Source of the DNA: an uncultured Verrucomicrobiae bacterium
GTDB lineage: Bacteria > Verrucomicrobiota > Verrucomicrobiia > Chthoniobacterales > UBA10450
Direction: 5' to 3'
Assembly: GCA_963726745.1 (NCBI GenBank)
Contig: CAVSDR010000006.1
Coordinates: 672,001 to 736,000 of the forward strand
DNA: 64,000 nucleotides
Positions 35,713 to 46,900 of the stretch are shown piece after piece. Each line of letters starts with the position of its first letter. The first letter of the stretch is position 1. The notes below the pieces were generated by a model. That model saw only the letters and a program-made list of their open reading frames with translations. It was not told the DNA's origin and made no database searches. The position numbers and the translations under genes were made by a program.

Positions 35713-37545
35713 TTAGTTGTAGCTAAAGACCACGCCGGTGAGCGGCGGCAAGGTAAGCTCCGCGCCGTCCGTCGTCTCCTTCGGCTCCATCGCCTCCGCT
35801 TCCTTGCTCGTCGCAAAAACTGCCTTCAACTTCTTCGCTGCGACATGGAGCGGGATCGTCGCGGGCTGCCCGCCGCGATTTAATGCCACCACGAGCGACT
35901 GCTTCGGCGTGCGTCGGGTGAAGACCATCGAGCGCTGGAGGTCATCGGTGGAAAGCACCGCATACTCGCCATGGTTCAGCGCGTCGCTGCTTTTGCGCAG
36001 GGCAATCGCGCGCTTGTAAAAGTCGAAGAGCTCCTGGTCGAATTCCACCTTGTCCGGCTCGTGCGCGGTCCCGCGGGGATCGATCACCTGCGGGTCGTAG
36101 GTCATGTCCGGCCAGACCATCGGCATCCGCTCGTCCGGATCATGCCCGCCCCACATGCCCGCTTCGTCGCCGTAGTAGATCATCGGTGCGCCCACATAAG
36201 TCATCTGGAAGAGGACGATCATCCGCTGGAGAGCGCGATCGGTCTCCGAAGGCTTCCGGATGCTGTAAGACTTCGAGGCACGGGCATCGTTATTATTGTT
36301 GTATTCGATTTGATCTTCGCCCGAGTAGTTCGCCAGGTCGCGGTTCACGATCATCGAGGCCAGGCGGTCGGTATCGTGCGAGTCCATCAGGTTCTGCATC
36401 ACCGCGGAAACACCGGGCGGAAACTGCCGGCGGCGTTCATCGAGAATCTTTGCGAACTTCGAGGGCGCGACCTTGTCGTCGATCAGGAAACCTTTCACCG
36501 GGATGGCGAAGGCATTGTAATTCATGCAGGCGGAGAACTCTCCCTTCGTCACCAGCTCGACGGCGTTCTTCCAAATTTCCGCCGAGGTATAGGCCTGCGG
36601 GTTTAACTGCCGGACAAGGCGATTCCAATCCGCCCAGAACTTTGCCGGGCGCTCATCGGCCACGTCCAAACGCCAGCCGTCGATCCCGTCCTCCATCTTG
36701 CCGTTAGGTCGCATCCAGCGCCTGGTCGCCTCGAAGATGTAAGCCTTCGGGCCGGCAGCGACGTCCTGATTATCCTTGGTCGCGGCAAAGACCGGGAGCG
36801 AGGCATGGCCCCACCAGCCTTTATAGGAAAATTCATTTCGCTTGGTTTTCGGGTCATCGAAACTGCTGACCACATACCAATCCTTGTAGGGCGAATTTTG
36901 TTGCTGCGTGCGCAGGTTCTGGAAGGCAAAGAAGTCGCGCCCGGTGTGATTGAAGACGCCGTCTAAAATCACGCGCATCCCGCGCGCATGGCATTTCTTT
37001 ACCAGCTCGAGGAAGAGCTTGTCGGCCGCGGTCCATTGCCAGGTCTTTGGATCGCTCGTCTCCTTGGCCATGAGCGCGAAGTCCCCCTTGGGGTCCGGTC
37101 CAAAGTAAGGATCGATGTGATGGTAGGAACTCCCGTCATACTTGTGCAGGGAGCGCGCGTAGAACACCGGATTAAAATAAATCGTGTTCACCCCCAGCTC
37201 GGCGAGGTAATCGAGTTTGTCGATGACCCCCTGGAGATCGCCGCCGTAACGCCGCTCGAAGACCCCGTGGCGGTAGAAGTCGTCGCCTAAATTTTTCTCC
37301 CACTCATCTCGCGCATACCAGTCAGCGGTCCACGGAGAGATCTTCCAGTCCGTCCCGGCGGCTGGCGGAGTCTCCAGGGAATCACGTGTCGGATCGTTCT
37401 TCGGATCACCGTTTCGGAAGCGTTCTGGAAAAAGCTGGTAGAAGATTGCTTCTGCCGCCCAGGCGGGCGTCGGCTCTTTCTGAGCCAGCGCTGACGACCA
37501 CAGAAAGGCGCCGAGTAAAATTGCGAAAGTCGTGGGTCGAAGCAT
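35713..37545 (-). CDS. Exported GH13 neopullulanase/cyclomaltodextrinase-like enzyme
   Basis: Signal peptide; FYQLFPERFRNGD, GGDLQG, LDGVFNH, DGWRLDVA, AEIW, SHDTDR and IYYGDE motifs. Confidence 0.92.
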   Translation of the reverse strand: MLRPTTFAILLGAFLWSSALAQKEPTPAWAAEAIFYQLFPERFRNGDPKNDPTRDSLETPPAAGTDWKISPWTADWYARDEWEKNLGDDFYRHGVFERRYGGDLQGVIDKLDYLAELGVNTIYFNPVFYARSLHKYDGSSYHHIDPYFGPDPKGDFALMAKETSDPKTWQWTAADKLFLELVKKCHARGMRVILDGVFNHTGRDFFAFQNLRTQQQNSPYKDWYVVSSFDDPKTKRNEFSYKGWWGHASLPVFAATKDNQDVAAGPKAYIFEATRRWMRPNGKMEDGIDGWRLDVADERPAKFWADWNRLVRQLNPQAYTSAEIWKNAVELVTKGEFSACMNYNAFAIPVKGFLIDDKVAPSKFAKILDERRRQFPPGVSAVMQNLMDSHDTDRLASMIVNRDLANYSGEDQIEYNNNNDARASKSYSIRKPSETDRALQRMIVLFQMTYVGAPMIYYGDEAGMWGGHDPDERMPMVWPDMTYDPQVIDPRGTAHEPDKVEFDQELFDFYKRAIALRKSSDALNHGEYAVLSTDDLQRSMVFTRRTPKQSLVVALNRGGQPATIPLHVAAKKLKAVFATSKEAEAMEPKETTDGAELTLPPLTGVVFSYN

Positions 37546-37602
37546 AGGATGGAGGGCCGCCACTTTGCGGATTCAGCCCCGGCGAAGCAACGCTTTTTCC
37601 GC

Positions 37603-40600
37603 TTAGGGCACGAGCTTTACACGGAAAAATGCCGGGCCCGCAGAGACTGTGGACGTGAGCGTGGGACCGCTCGCGGTAATGACTGGACCGATGCTGGTGA
37701 AGGTGCCCTTCAAGCTCGCCGCGCCCTCGACCTGGTATTTCCGCCCACTCACGCTACTCCAGCTAATCACCAATCCGCCGCCGCCGCGCGTGACCTCGGT
37801 GATGCGGAAGACCGAGGTGGGATCGAACGGATTTGTTCCGGCCGCGTCCTCCTCTGCATTCGTCCGGCCGTCGCCATCCTCGTCGCCCTCGGCCGAGAGC
37901 ACCGTGATCGAAGAATTCGCGCTCGTGGGTCCCGCCGGCGTGCTCGCGCTCAAGTTGTCATTGGGGTTCACCGCCTGCACATAGACGCTCAGGTTTGTGC
38001 CCGGATTTATTGCAAAAGTATGGCTGGTCAAGGTGGTGTAAAAGAACGCCGCCGGTCCGTGGTTTAGGCTGTAGGTCACCTTGTAGATCGGCTGAATGCC
38101 TTCCGCATCCGGCGGCACGGCCGCCCAGCTAACGAATGCCCCATTCCCGATGGTGTAGAAGTAGACGTTGTTCGGTAGCGGCTGCCCCGGGGCCGCTGTC
38201 GGCACGGTGACGTCGTAAAGCTTGAGGTATTGCGCCTCATAGGGATTCGTTCCCCACCCCGCATCCATAGACGGCACTTTGTTTAGGCCAACAAAAAGGC
38301 CATTCGCGAGCAATTGCGTGCCGCTCCGGCGATTCAGGAAGAGATTGCGCCGCCCGGGATCGCTCCCGAGGTAAGCGGCCAGGTTCTTGAAGTCGTAAGT
38401 CCGCCCGGCTTTGATCCCGTAATCATTCTGCCCGTTGCCATCGACATCCTGGTTCAAGTCGAAGCTTCCCTGCTGGTCGTTATTCCGGTCGAGGTTCACG
38501 AAACCGAAGACCACATCCCGGCTCGCGGGGGAACCATTCAAGGTCTCATACTTCGCGATCGAGAAGATCTTCTGCTGGATGCTGCCGCCGATCTGGTTGA
38601 GATAGTAACGATTCGAACTCCGCAACGCCGGGCTGAATTGCCGCGCCTGGGTGATGGCTCCGTAGACCGGGTAAAGCTGCTGCAGGCCAAAGGTTTGGTT
38701 GCCCATGATCGGGCCCAGATCGTTGAAGACCTTAAAGTTCGGAATGTACTTCCCGAAGTTTACCTCGTACTGACTAAAGCCAAAGGTGCGCGAGACGCCG
38801 TTCTCCTGCCCGTAAAAGATCAAGGGCGCACCGTCGACCGTGTTGCTCACTCCGTAGCGAACTAAAGCTTCGAAAGGATCATCGTAGTTTTCTTCGTCGT
38901 GCGAGGTGCTGTTGAGCAACACCAGACCCTGGCCGTAGGCGTTGCGGCGCTCGTCGAAGATTCCGCGGTAGTCGCTCGTCTGCGTGGCCGCCTTGAAGGG
39001 GAAAACAATGTTCTCGTTCAAAATGTCGAAGTGGCGGTTTGAGCGATAAGTCACGGCGCCGCCGTCGAGCGATTCCGTCATGAAAACGAAATTCCACTTA
39101 TGGCTGCGGGCGACGTTGATAATATACTCCCAACACTGCGGCGGCAGGCCCTGACCAAAGTCCGCGCGGAGGGCATCGATCCCTTTGCGGTCGAGCGTGC
39201 GCCGGGTGGCGGGATCGCCATCGGCCGGAGTGCTGTTCACGCCCGAATGGCCGGTCTGCGTGAGCCAATAGGGAATGTAGGCCGCGAAATAGCGCCAAAC
39301 ATTGCGGGTGATGTTTTGGTTTAAGCCGCTGCTGGTGAAGTCCGTACTGGTCCACTGCGGGTCGGTATAGTTAAAGACGTCGCCCTCGTTCTGGTAGTTG
39401 CCGTTGTCGGCGTTGTTCTGGCAAACCAACGCCGAGTATTGCCCATAGAAAACGTCGAAGGTGTCGCCAAATTTCCCGAAGTCGTTCCGGTCGGGCGCGG
39501 GCGCGATGTTCATGCTGCTGGAGGCGCGCAGGCAGTAGTTATTGTTTGAGAAGTTGAAGATGTCGCCGCGGGAATAGAAGCGGGCTTCAGCATTCCGGAT
39601 TTGATCGGTGGGGCTGGCGCCAGGTTTGAGGAGTGTGGTCCCGAGCTGCGCCAATTCCGCGTCGTAGGAAGTGTGGTTATACGGTGCATCCAGCATGATG
39701 CCGACCTGCTCGCTGTCGGCATCGGCCACGAACCCCTGGAACTCACTCATCGCTCCAGGCCGGGTATTGTCGCGCCCCATGAGTTCCATCACCTGGAAGA
39801 AATTCTTGACCGCATACGGGCTGCCGACGGTGAAAGGCTGTCCGGTATTCGGATCGATTTGCCTTCCATCGATGCCATTGGGATGGATCGGCTGAAACCA
39901 AAGGTAGTTTGCCCCCAGGTTCTTCAGGTAGGTTAAGTTGAAGCGTTTCGCCGGATCATGCAGATCGGCAAAGGTGCTCCGCTGGCTCATCTGGTTGCCG
40001 GTGGCGTCGATCGTGAGCGTGTTTAACTCATAGAGGCTGATATCGCGCGCCTCTTTCGGCGAAACCACGATCGCGTGATCGCGCCGTCCCGCATCGGTGT
40101 AGTAATTCCAGGTGCCGCTGCCGTTCAGCCGATAGCGCGCGGTCAAGCGATAGGCGCCGGTCTTTTGCGCGGGCAAAGTGACGGCAAATTGTTCGCCGCT
40201 CCCGGCCATCGCATAAGCCTTGTAATAGTGCGCGTCGTCCGTGCCGACGACGTTGCCATTCGGCGGCTGGATGCCTTCCTCGGTCGCCAGGCCATTCGCG
40301 TCGGTGTAAGCCAGGGTGGCGAAGTCGCGCCGATTCAAGTTGGTAAATACCTGCACCGTAGCCGGGTCGACGTTCGCCACGTTCGGGTTGAAGACCACCG
40401 TCAGCGGAATGGAGTCGCCGACGATCTCGTCCACAAAAAGATGACTGGTGGTGTAGTTCGCATTCACCCCGCTTACCGTCAGGGTGGGATTCATCTGGAA
40501 GGTAAATGCGTTTGTCGCGGCGACCGACTGCGTCGCGGTGACATTGCTCGTGCTGTTGGTGCCGTAGACGAAGGTATTCGCGTGGTCGCTGTAGTTAATT

Positions 40601-40971
40601 TGCAGGTAATACTGGATGACGCCATTGGCAGAAGGCGGCGCCGCGAAGCTCGCGCGCCAGAACTTATCGTTCCCATTCTGGGTGGCGAAGCTTAGCGCGA
40701 CCGATTGCCATGCTCCCGAAGCGGACTTGTAGAAAAGAGCGCCGCCGGTTTGGTTCCCAGGGTTGCCACTACCCTGGTATTGGTTGCCGTTGTAAATTGT
40801 CACCGTGGTCCCCGTATCCATCCCGGATAAGGGCGAGCGCATGTTGCCGCCTATATTCGGGACGGCATTCGCAGGCACATGCCAGGCATTGCCCAGGCCT
40901 TGGGCCGCCGCGAACTGCACGCCGGCCCAGCCAAAGAGGATAACGAAAAGGATCTTGGACAATCGATTCAT
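37603..40971 (-). CDS. Secreted multidomain GH13 enzyme
   Basis: Signal peptide; GSPYAVKNF, DAPYNH, DALRADFGQG, TESLD and SHDEE; C-terminal DxDGDG..GTNP domain. Confidence 0.85.
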   Translation of the reverse strand: MNRLSKILFVILFGWAGVQFAAAQGLGNAWHVPANAVPNIGGNMRSPLSGMDTGTTVTIYNGNQYQGSGNPGNQTGGALFYKSASGAWQSVALSFATQNGNDKFWRASFAAPPSANGVIQYYLQINYSDHANTFVYGTNSTSNVTATQSVAATNAFTFQMNPTLTVSGVNANYTTSHLFVDEIVGDSIPLTVVFNPNVANVDPATVQVFTNLNRRDFATLAYTDANGLATEEGIQPPNGNVVGTDDAHYYKAYAMAGSGEQFAVTLPAQKTGAYRLTARYRLNGSGTWNYYTDAGRRDHAIVVSPKEARDISLYELNTLTIDATGNQMSQRSTFADLHDPAKRFNLTYLKNLGANYLWFQPIHPNGIDGRQIDPNTGQPFTVGSPYAVKNFFQVMELMGRDNTRPGAMSEFQGFVADADSEQVGIMLDAPYNHTSYDAELAQLGTTLLKPGASPTDQIRNAEARFYSRGDIFNFSNNNYCLRASSSMNIAPAPDRNDFGKFGDTFDVFYGQYSALVCQNNADNGNYQNEGDVFNYTDPQWTSTDFTSSGLNQNITRNVWRYFAAYIPYWLTQTGHSGVNSTPADGDPATRRTLDRKGIDALRADFGQGLPPQCWEYIINVARSHKWNFVFMTESLDGGAVTYRSNRHFDILNENIVFPFKAATQTSDYRGIFDERRNAYGQGLVLLNSTSHDEENYDDPFEALVRYGVSNTVDGAPLIFYGQENGVSRTFGFSQYEVNFGKYIPNFKVFNDLGPIMGNQTFGLQQLYPVYGAITQARQFSPALRSSNRYYLNQIGGSIQQKIFSIAKYETLNGSPASRDVVFGFVNLDRNNDQQGSFDLNQDVDGNGQNDYGIKAGRTYDFKNLAAYLGSDPGRRNLFLNRRSGTQLLANGLFVGLNKVPSMDAGWGTNPYEAQYLKLYDVTVPTAAPGQPLPNNVYFYTIGNGAFVSWAAVPPDAEGIQPIYKVTYSLNHGPAAFFYTTLTSHTFAINPGTNLSVYVQAVNPNDNLSASTPAGPTSANSSITVLSAEGDEDGDGRTNAEEDAAGTNPFDPTSVFRITEVTRGGGGLVISWSSVSGRKYQVEGAASLKGTFTSIGPVITASGPTLTSTVSAGPAFFRVKLVP

Positions 40972-40979
40972 AGACAAAG

Positions 40980-43900
40980 TTAAGGAGCGAGACTGACGTC
41001 GAGTTTATAGAAGCGGCGCTGCGCCACGGTGGGAGGCGAACCGGTGCCGGAACCATCATCTAGGTATTCCGTGGCGGTGCCGCTGCCAGCGATGTCGCCG
41101 CCAGCCTGCTGCCACGGACCGGTAGGACTGGCAGAGTAGAGAATGCGGTAGATGCGATCGCGCACCGTGCCGAACTGCAACCGCATCGCACTCGGCGAAT
41201 TGCGGGAAATAATCAATCCGAAGCTCGCGCGGTCCGCAACCGCGGGGTTGGTGCCCAGAATGTATTCCTCGTAGTTAGTCAGGCCGTCCTGGTCGAGGTC
41301 GCCACCGGCCCCGTTCGCCCCGGCGGGATCATTGGGATTCAGGCCATATTTGGTTTCGAACCAATCCGGCAAGCCGTCGCCATCGCTATCGTAGGTCAGT
41401 GCGTTACCGGTCTCGAAACCAAGCTGGAAGTTCATGCCGCCGGTGCCTTGCAATTCCACCTGCTGAGTCTGCGCCTGGTTCCGCATGGAGACGGTATCGA
41501 GAACGTTTGGGTCCTGGTCGGAAGCGGCCGCGTTGTAGTTTGCGCCGCTCAGTCCCGCGCCGCCGTAGCGCAGGTAAGCCCGGACAGTGCGTTCATTATT
41601 CGAGTTAAAAAGATTCACTTCCTGCGCACCGTTAACGACCAGTGGGCTTAGGTGGCTCTGGCCATATTTGAGCAGGTCGAGTAAGTCTGGCGATAGGCCG
41701 AAGCGAATGAACAGATTGCTCACGCCGGTGGTGATGTAACTCGCCGAAAGCGCGCTCTTATTCGCTGGCAAAGTGATCGACTTGGCGATTTTCCCATCGC
41801 TGCTGGTAAACTTCCACCCGTTTGCAACCGGGGCGACCGTGTAAAGACTGTTCACGTAAGCTGAGGAGCCGGTGCTGCCGGTCTGCGCATACCAATCCTT
41901 AAAGCCGGAGGTGCGGAAGGCATTTACCGCCGTGCCGGCAAAATTAGTCGCGCCTTCTTCCTCGCCTTCGACTCCCGCGTAGCTCGTCATGTTGCCGACT
42001 ACCTGGACGACGACGCCGGTATCGAGGTCGCGCAGCCAGGCTCCGGTCATGCGGCCGCCCAGGCGTTCGAACAAAGCCAATAACCTGTCGTTGTAGATTA
42101 GGTATTCATCCTCGCCGTCGAGGTCGACATCCGCCTGCTCGGTTACGCTCCGGCCGGCATAACTATTCTGGCCGGCCGCGGTCGCCCAGCTACTCACGCG
42201 TGCATAGATCGCCGCCATGCGGGTCTGCGCCTGCGCGGTTTTCGAGAAGCCGGCCAAGGCCTGGAAGCTGGTATCGGGACTGATGTACGCCCCGGTGCTG
42301 AACTTGTTCAAGTTCGCCGCGGGTTGGAGATGGAAGCCAGTCTCGAAGCCGGCTGCGTGCAGCACAGAACGACCCAAAGCCAGCAGCCCGCTCTGCGCCG
42401 GCGCGGCGGTGATCCCACTGACTGCCTGCCAGGCACCCGCCAGAATTCCGGTTCCGCCTAACGAGCCGTAAGCCGTCGGCAGGGCCACGCCGGCGCGCAG
42501 GTCGAACTTTTTCGCGCTCAGGCTCTCCTCGTAGGGCGAGCCGAAGTACCAGTTATCATAGTTTTCCTCGGTGGCGTAATCGACAAAGTCCTTGGCTACG
42601 AGCGGCAGGCTCGGGGAACCACGATTCACGGTGCCCCAGACGCCGGTGCTGCCGCCGTTGTAAGGCACCTGGTTCGACGCAATTTGATCCGGCGTGACCA
42701 GCTGAATCCAAGGGCGCGAAGCAAGCCAGCGGATGTTCTTGTCGTAGGCATCGGCGTTGGCCGCGACCGCGAAGTCCTCCCATTGATTCAGAAAAGTGAT
42801 CACCTGATCCTGCTGGCTATCGCGCGCCTTGCGGCTGAGTAACTGCCGCAGCAGGACGGGCGCGCCATTGTCGTCATTGACAAAAAGCTGGCTGCTGACG
42901 CCATCATTGATCACGAACGCCTTGGTATTGCCGATCTGGTTAACCCGGTAGCCATCGCTCCCGAGAGCCGAGCTCCGGCCAAACCACTTAAAGACATGGC
43001 GCATCTGGTCGACGAAAGTGTAGCCAAAGCCGGCGCCGCTGACCTTTTGCAAGACATCGGAACTGGAGACGCGCTCGGGCGTCCAGAGGACACTTCCGGA
43101 AGGGGCGCGCCCGTAGATGCTGCTGAGGAAATTCCCTGCGAGGGCAATGTTGTCGACGTTATAATGCGTGGAGAAGTAAGGCAGGATGTGATCGGAGAAG
43201 GTCGAGCCTAACAAGTCGACCGTGCCCGCAGCTGCGAGACTGCCGATGCGGGCGTTTAAGGCGGGGCCGTCGCGGAAAGGCCGGGGCGAAGCTGCGGCGG
43301 TCTTAGCCCACTGGATCGCGGACGCCAGCGTCGGCGTAACGTGCAAGGCCAGCGGCGTGCTGAAAGCTTCGTGCGCATCGAGTGGCCGATAGTAACCCGC
43401 CCCGGAGCCATTGCTGATCAAGTTCTGGGTTACCGACCCCGGCTGGATCGCCTGGTTGCCATGAATAATAGACATCACTTTGACGCGCTTTCCGCGGTCG
43501 TTATCCGCCTGAAGGCCGACCCAGGAGCTAAGGACGCTATTGGCACCGGTGATGTTCGCCTGGTCTTGGTAATAATCGGACGCGATCCAATCATTCCGGA
43601 TGGAATCGCGGATGTCGGAACGGCCGCCAATATCGCCGCCGCCGGCGGGGCTGTTCTGCGTGCCATCCTTGGTGGTGAAAACCTGGTAGATCAGGCGGCT
43701 GGCATCATTCCCATCCCAGCCGGCATCTTTCAAAGCCTGCCGGCTAATCGAAAACTCCACCGCGTCGAGGGTGGAATCGTAATAAGCTTTCTTGAAACCA
43801 TTCGTCGCGCTCTGGTCGCGCACGGTTACGCCATTGGCGAAGAGATCCTGGCCGATGCCGGTGGTGTGGGTGGGCGAGTTCTTGTCCCAAAGGTAGACTC

Positions 43901-46900
43901 GGCCGTTATCCGTGCTGTAGCTCGCGATCACTGCCTGCCATTTCATCGCGCTGCCGGTATCGACCTGATCGGGCAGGTTAAATTCTCCGGTGCCCGGATT
44001 TCCGAAATTCACGACCACGTAGATGTCGAGCCGGCCTTGTTCCGCATAAGCCTGCAGGTCCTGCAGGTCGACGCGGAAGTAGAAGTTGCCGTCTCCGTTC
44101 TGGCCAGTGGAGGGATTGATCGCCGCAGGATCGCCGCCGTCGTGCGCATAAAAGGCTACGAGATCGCGCGACGAATCGAAGCCATCGTAACCATGGTAGA
44201 TATCTGCCTGCTGGTTATTCGAGCCATCGCCATCGTAAGGATCGAGCGCGATCAGATCATCCGCGGTCCAGTCGGTGAACTCATGGCGATTCGTCACCGC
44301 GCCCACGGTGGTGGTGATACCCGGGCCGATGGTGATCGCACCGGGCGGCGGAGGGGCCGGCGTGCCGCTGACGCGCGGGTCGGTGCCATTGAGAAACTCC
44401 TGGCCATTGTCGATCCCATCGCCATCGGGGTCGCCGCTCGGGCCGTTGTCCGTGTTGGTGATGACCTTGCCCGTGCGCAGGTTGTAATGGCCAATGACGC
44501 CGTCGTCGAAAGGATCGAGGCCATGCAAGACTTTCCAGCCATCCGGCAAAGTGTCGCCCGAGGTGCTGTAACGTCGCGGATCGGTCTCCAGCCAGATGAC
44601 GTCCAAACCATCGGCCCGGAGATTGCCGGCAGGACGGAAGACCGTATTGAGCTTGGCTTTCGAAAGCGCCGTGGAGAGGTAAGCCTTACCGTCGGTCGGC
44701 TCGGTGTAACTGAGACAAAAGTCGGTGTAGTAAAACGTCTGCTGCGCGCCCCCAGCGGAGGGCTGCACAGTTACCGGCGCGAGCGGATTATTCAGGACCG
44801 CGAGGACGACGAAGTTTCCCTGCGCATCAGTCTGGTTTCGATCGACGATTGCAAGATCGACGATGCCATTGTGGTTCGCATCTTCCTGCCCATCGCTCAG
44901 GCCGTCGCCATCGCTCTCGCCATTGTTCGGATCAGTCTCCAGCCAGACCGCACTGGGAGAAACAGCCAGCACGCGGCTGCGATCCACAGTCGAGCGGTTA
45001 TAGATCGTCGGCGGATGCCGAATGACCGCGGAGCCATCCACGCCGGAGGGCAGGATGTCGACCCGTCCATTGTGCACCTTGCGATAGGTCGCATGGCCAT
45101 TGGCATCGAGGATGGGATTGCCACCGGCATCCAGACGGGCGGCGAAGGTGAGGTCTTCGATGCCGTCGTCGACCCCATCGCCTTCCGTGTCGGCCTTGTT
45201 CGGGTCCGTCATGGAACCGGCCAGCAAATCGGTGCGGGAACGGTTTAAGTTATAAGGCCAGGGATTGAAGTATTCATAGAAGGCCGGCGCGTTGGCGTTA
45301 TCCGTTGTGTTGAAGATCGGCGGGTCGAGGTCGGGCTGGAAGTTCGGCACGCCGTCGCCGTTGGTGTCGGTCGCGACGTTGGTATCATCGACCGCGCCGC
45401 CCCAGCCCAGCTCGAGCCCATCGGAGAGATTATCGCCGTCGGTATCGGGACTTAGCGGATTCGTCCGCCCAGAGATGGCCCAGAGGTGCACCTGCGCGTT
45501 GGTCCACGTCTCTGAGTTCGTGGTTGGCAATGGGATCGCGGTGGTCTCGATCGCCGTGCCGTTATTCCAGCCAAGCCCGTCATCATCGACGTCGTGCTTG
45601 TTCGGGTCGGCCGCGACGAGTTGGCGGAATAGAATGTGGGCGTTGCGCGTGGCACTGCCGCTCCCTGCCGGAGTAGTCGCGGTGGCGACGAAGCGATAGT
45701 CACCCGGGCTGCTGATGTTGCTCCAGGTAAAGTCCCAGAAGAGTGAAGAACCGACGATATGCGGGTTAGGCGATTCCGCGGTGCCAGGATTTAGGGTAAC
45801 CGTGCCGCTACCGAGGTTGAAGCTAATCTGCACGCTGGTCGCGTTCTGGTCGGTCTCGACCCGGATGGGAAGAGCACGATCGGCCGGAGTCGGGTTAGTT
45901 ACATCTGGCAGGATAATTTCGTAAGGCTTGCCGTCGGAATCGACCTCCAGCGGCGTCACGATATTGACCTTGATCGTAGTGGCCGGTTGCGCCTTCACCA
46001 AACGGCGGGTTTGCAGCGTCGGCAGGCCGGTCGCGGAATAAGTCACATCGATCGTGTGCAGGAAGTCGGGCGTGCCGTTGTAGAGATTCGGCAACTGGAA
46101 GGCGAGTTCGTGATACTCGCTGTTGATGTCGTAGTTAATCTGGTAAGCGCTGCGGCTTTGCGCGACGCCATTCGCAGGCGAACCGCTCTCGCTACTGGCG
46201 AGCTTGATCAGGAAACGGTTGATCAAGCTTTGCCGGTCGAGGCCGTCGGCTAGCGACTTGCTGAACCAGACCTTCATGACGTAATTCGAGCCCACCGTCT
46301 GGCCGTCACTGTTAGGGAAGGCCACGAAGAGACGCGTGACCGGGCCGTTCGTGTTCACATTGCGCACCAGGGTGGTGTAATGCTTTGCGGCGTCGTCGGC
46401 AGGGCTGGCGGCGGCGGCAAATTGCGTGGCCGCGGCGGAACTGGCCTCTCGCAGCCGCACCAGAATTTGCGCGTTCCCAGCCGAAGGAATGTTTACGTAG
46501 TTAAAGCGCCACTCGTTCGGGTAGGTGCTTTGGATGGAAAGCGTGGGCGTGAATTGCGCAGCCTTGACCCAGGCATTGTTTCCATTGGCCACACCCGTCG
46601 CGCCGTCGTCGTTATTCGCGTCCGCGTCGACGATCTTATACCAGACCTCCGTGACCGTCGGATCCGTGCGCACAACGACTCCATATTGCTGGCCGCCCAC
46701 GCCATCGCCATCGTTCGACGGGAACTTAATTTCTCCCTTCGGCAGTTGCGCGTCGTAGTAAAACGTCTGGGTGAAAGTGTTATAGATCGAAGCGCGGCCG
46801 AAACGATTTAGGAAGGCGCGCGCGCGGAGGACATGGAAGCCTTCGGTCAAACCGGTCTGGGTTTGGCCGAAGTCGTTATGCGGATAAAAGACCGCGTTGT

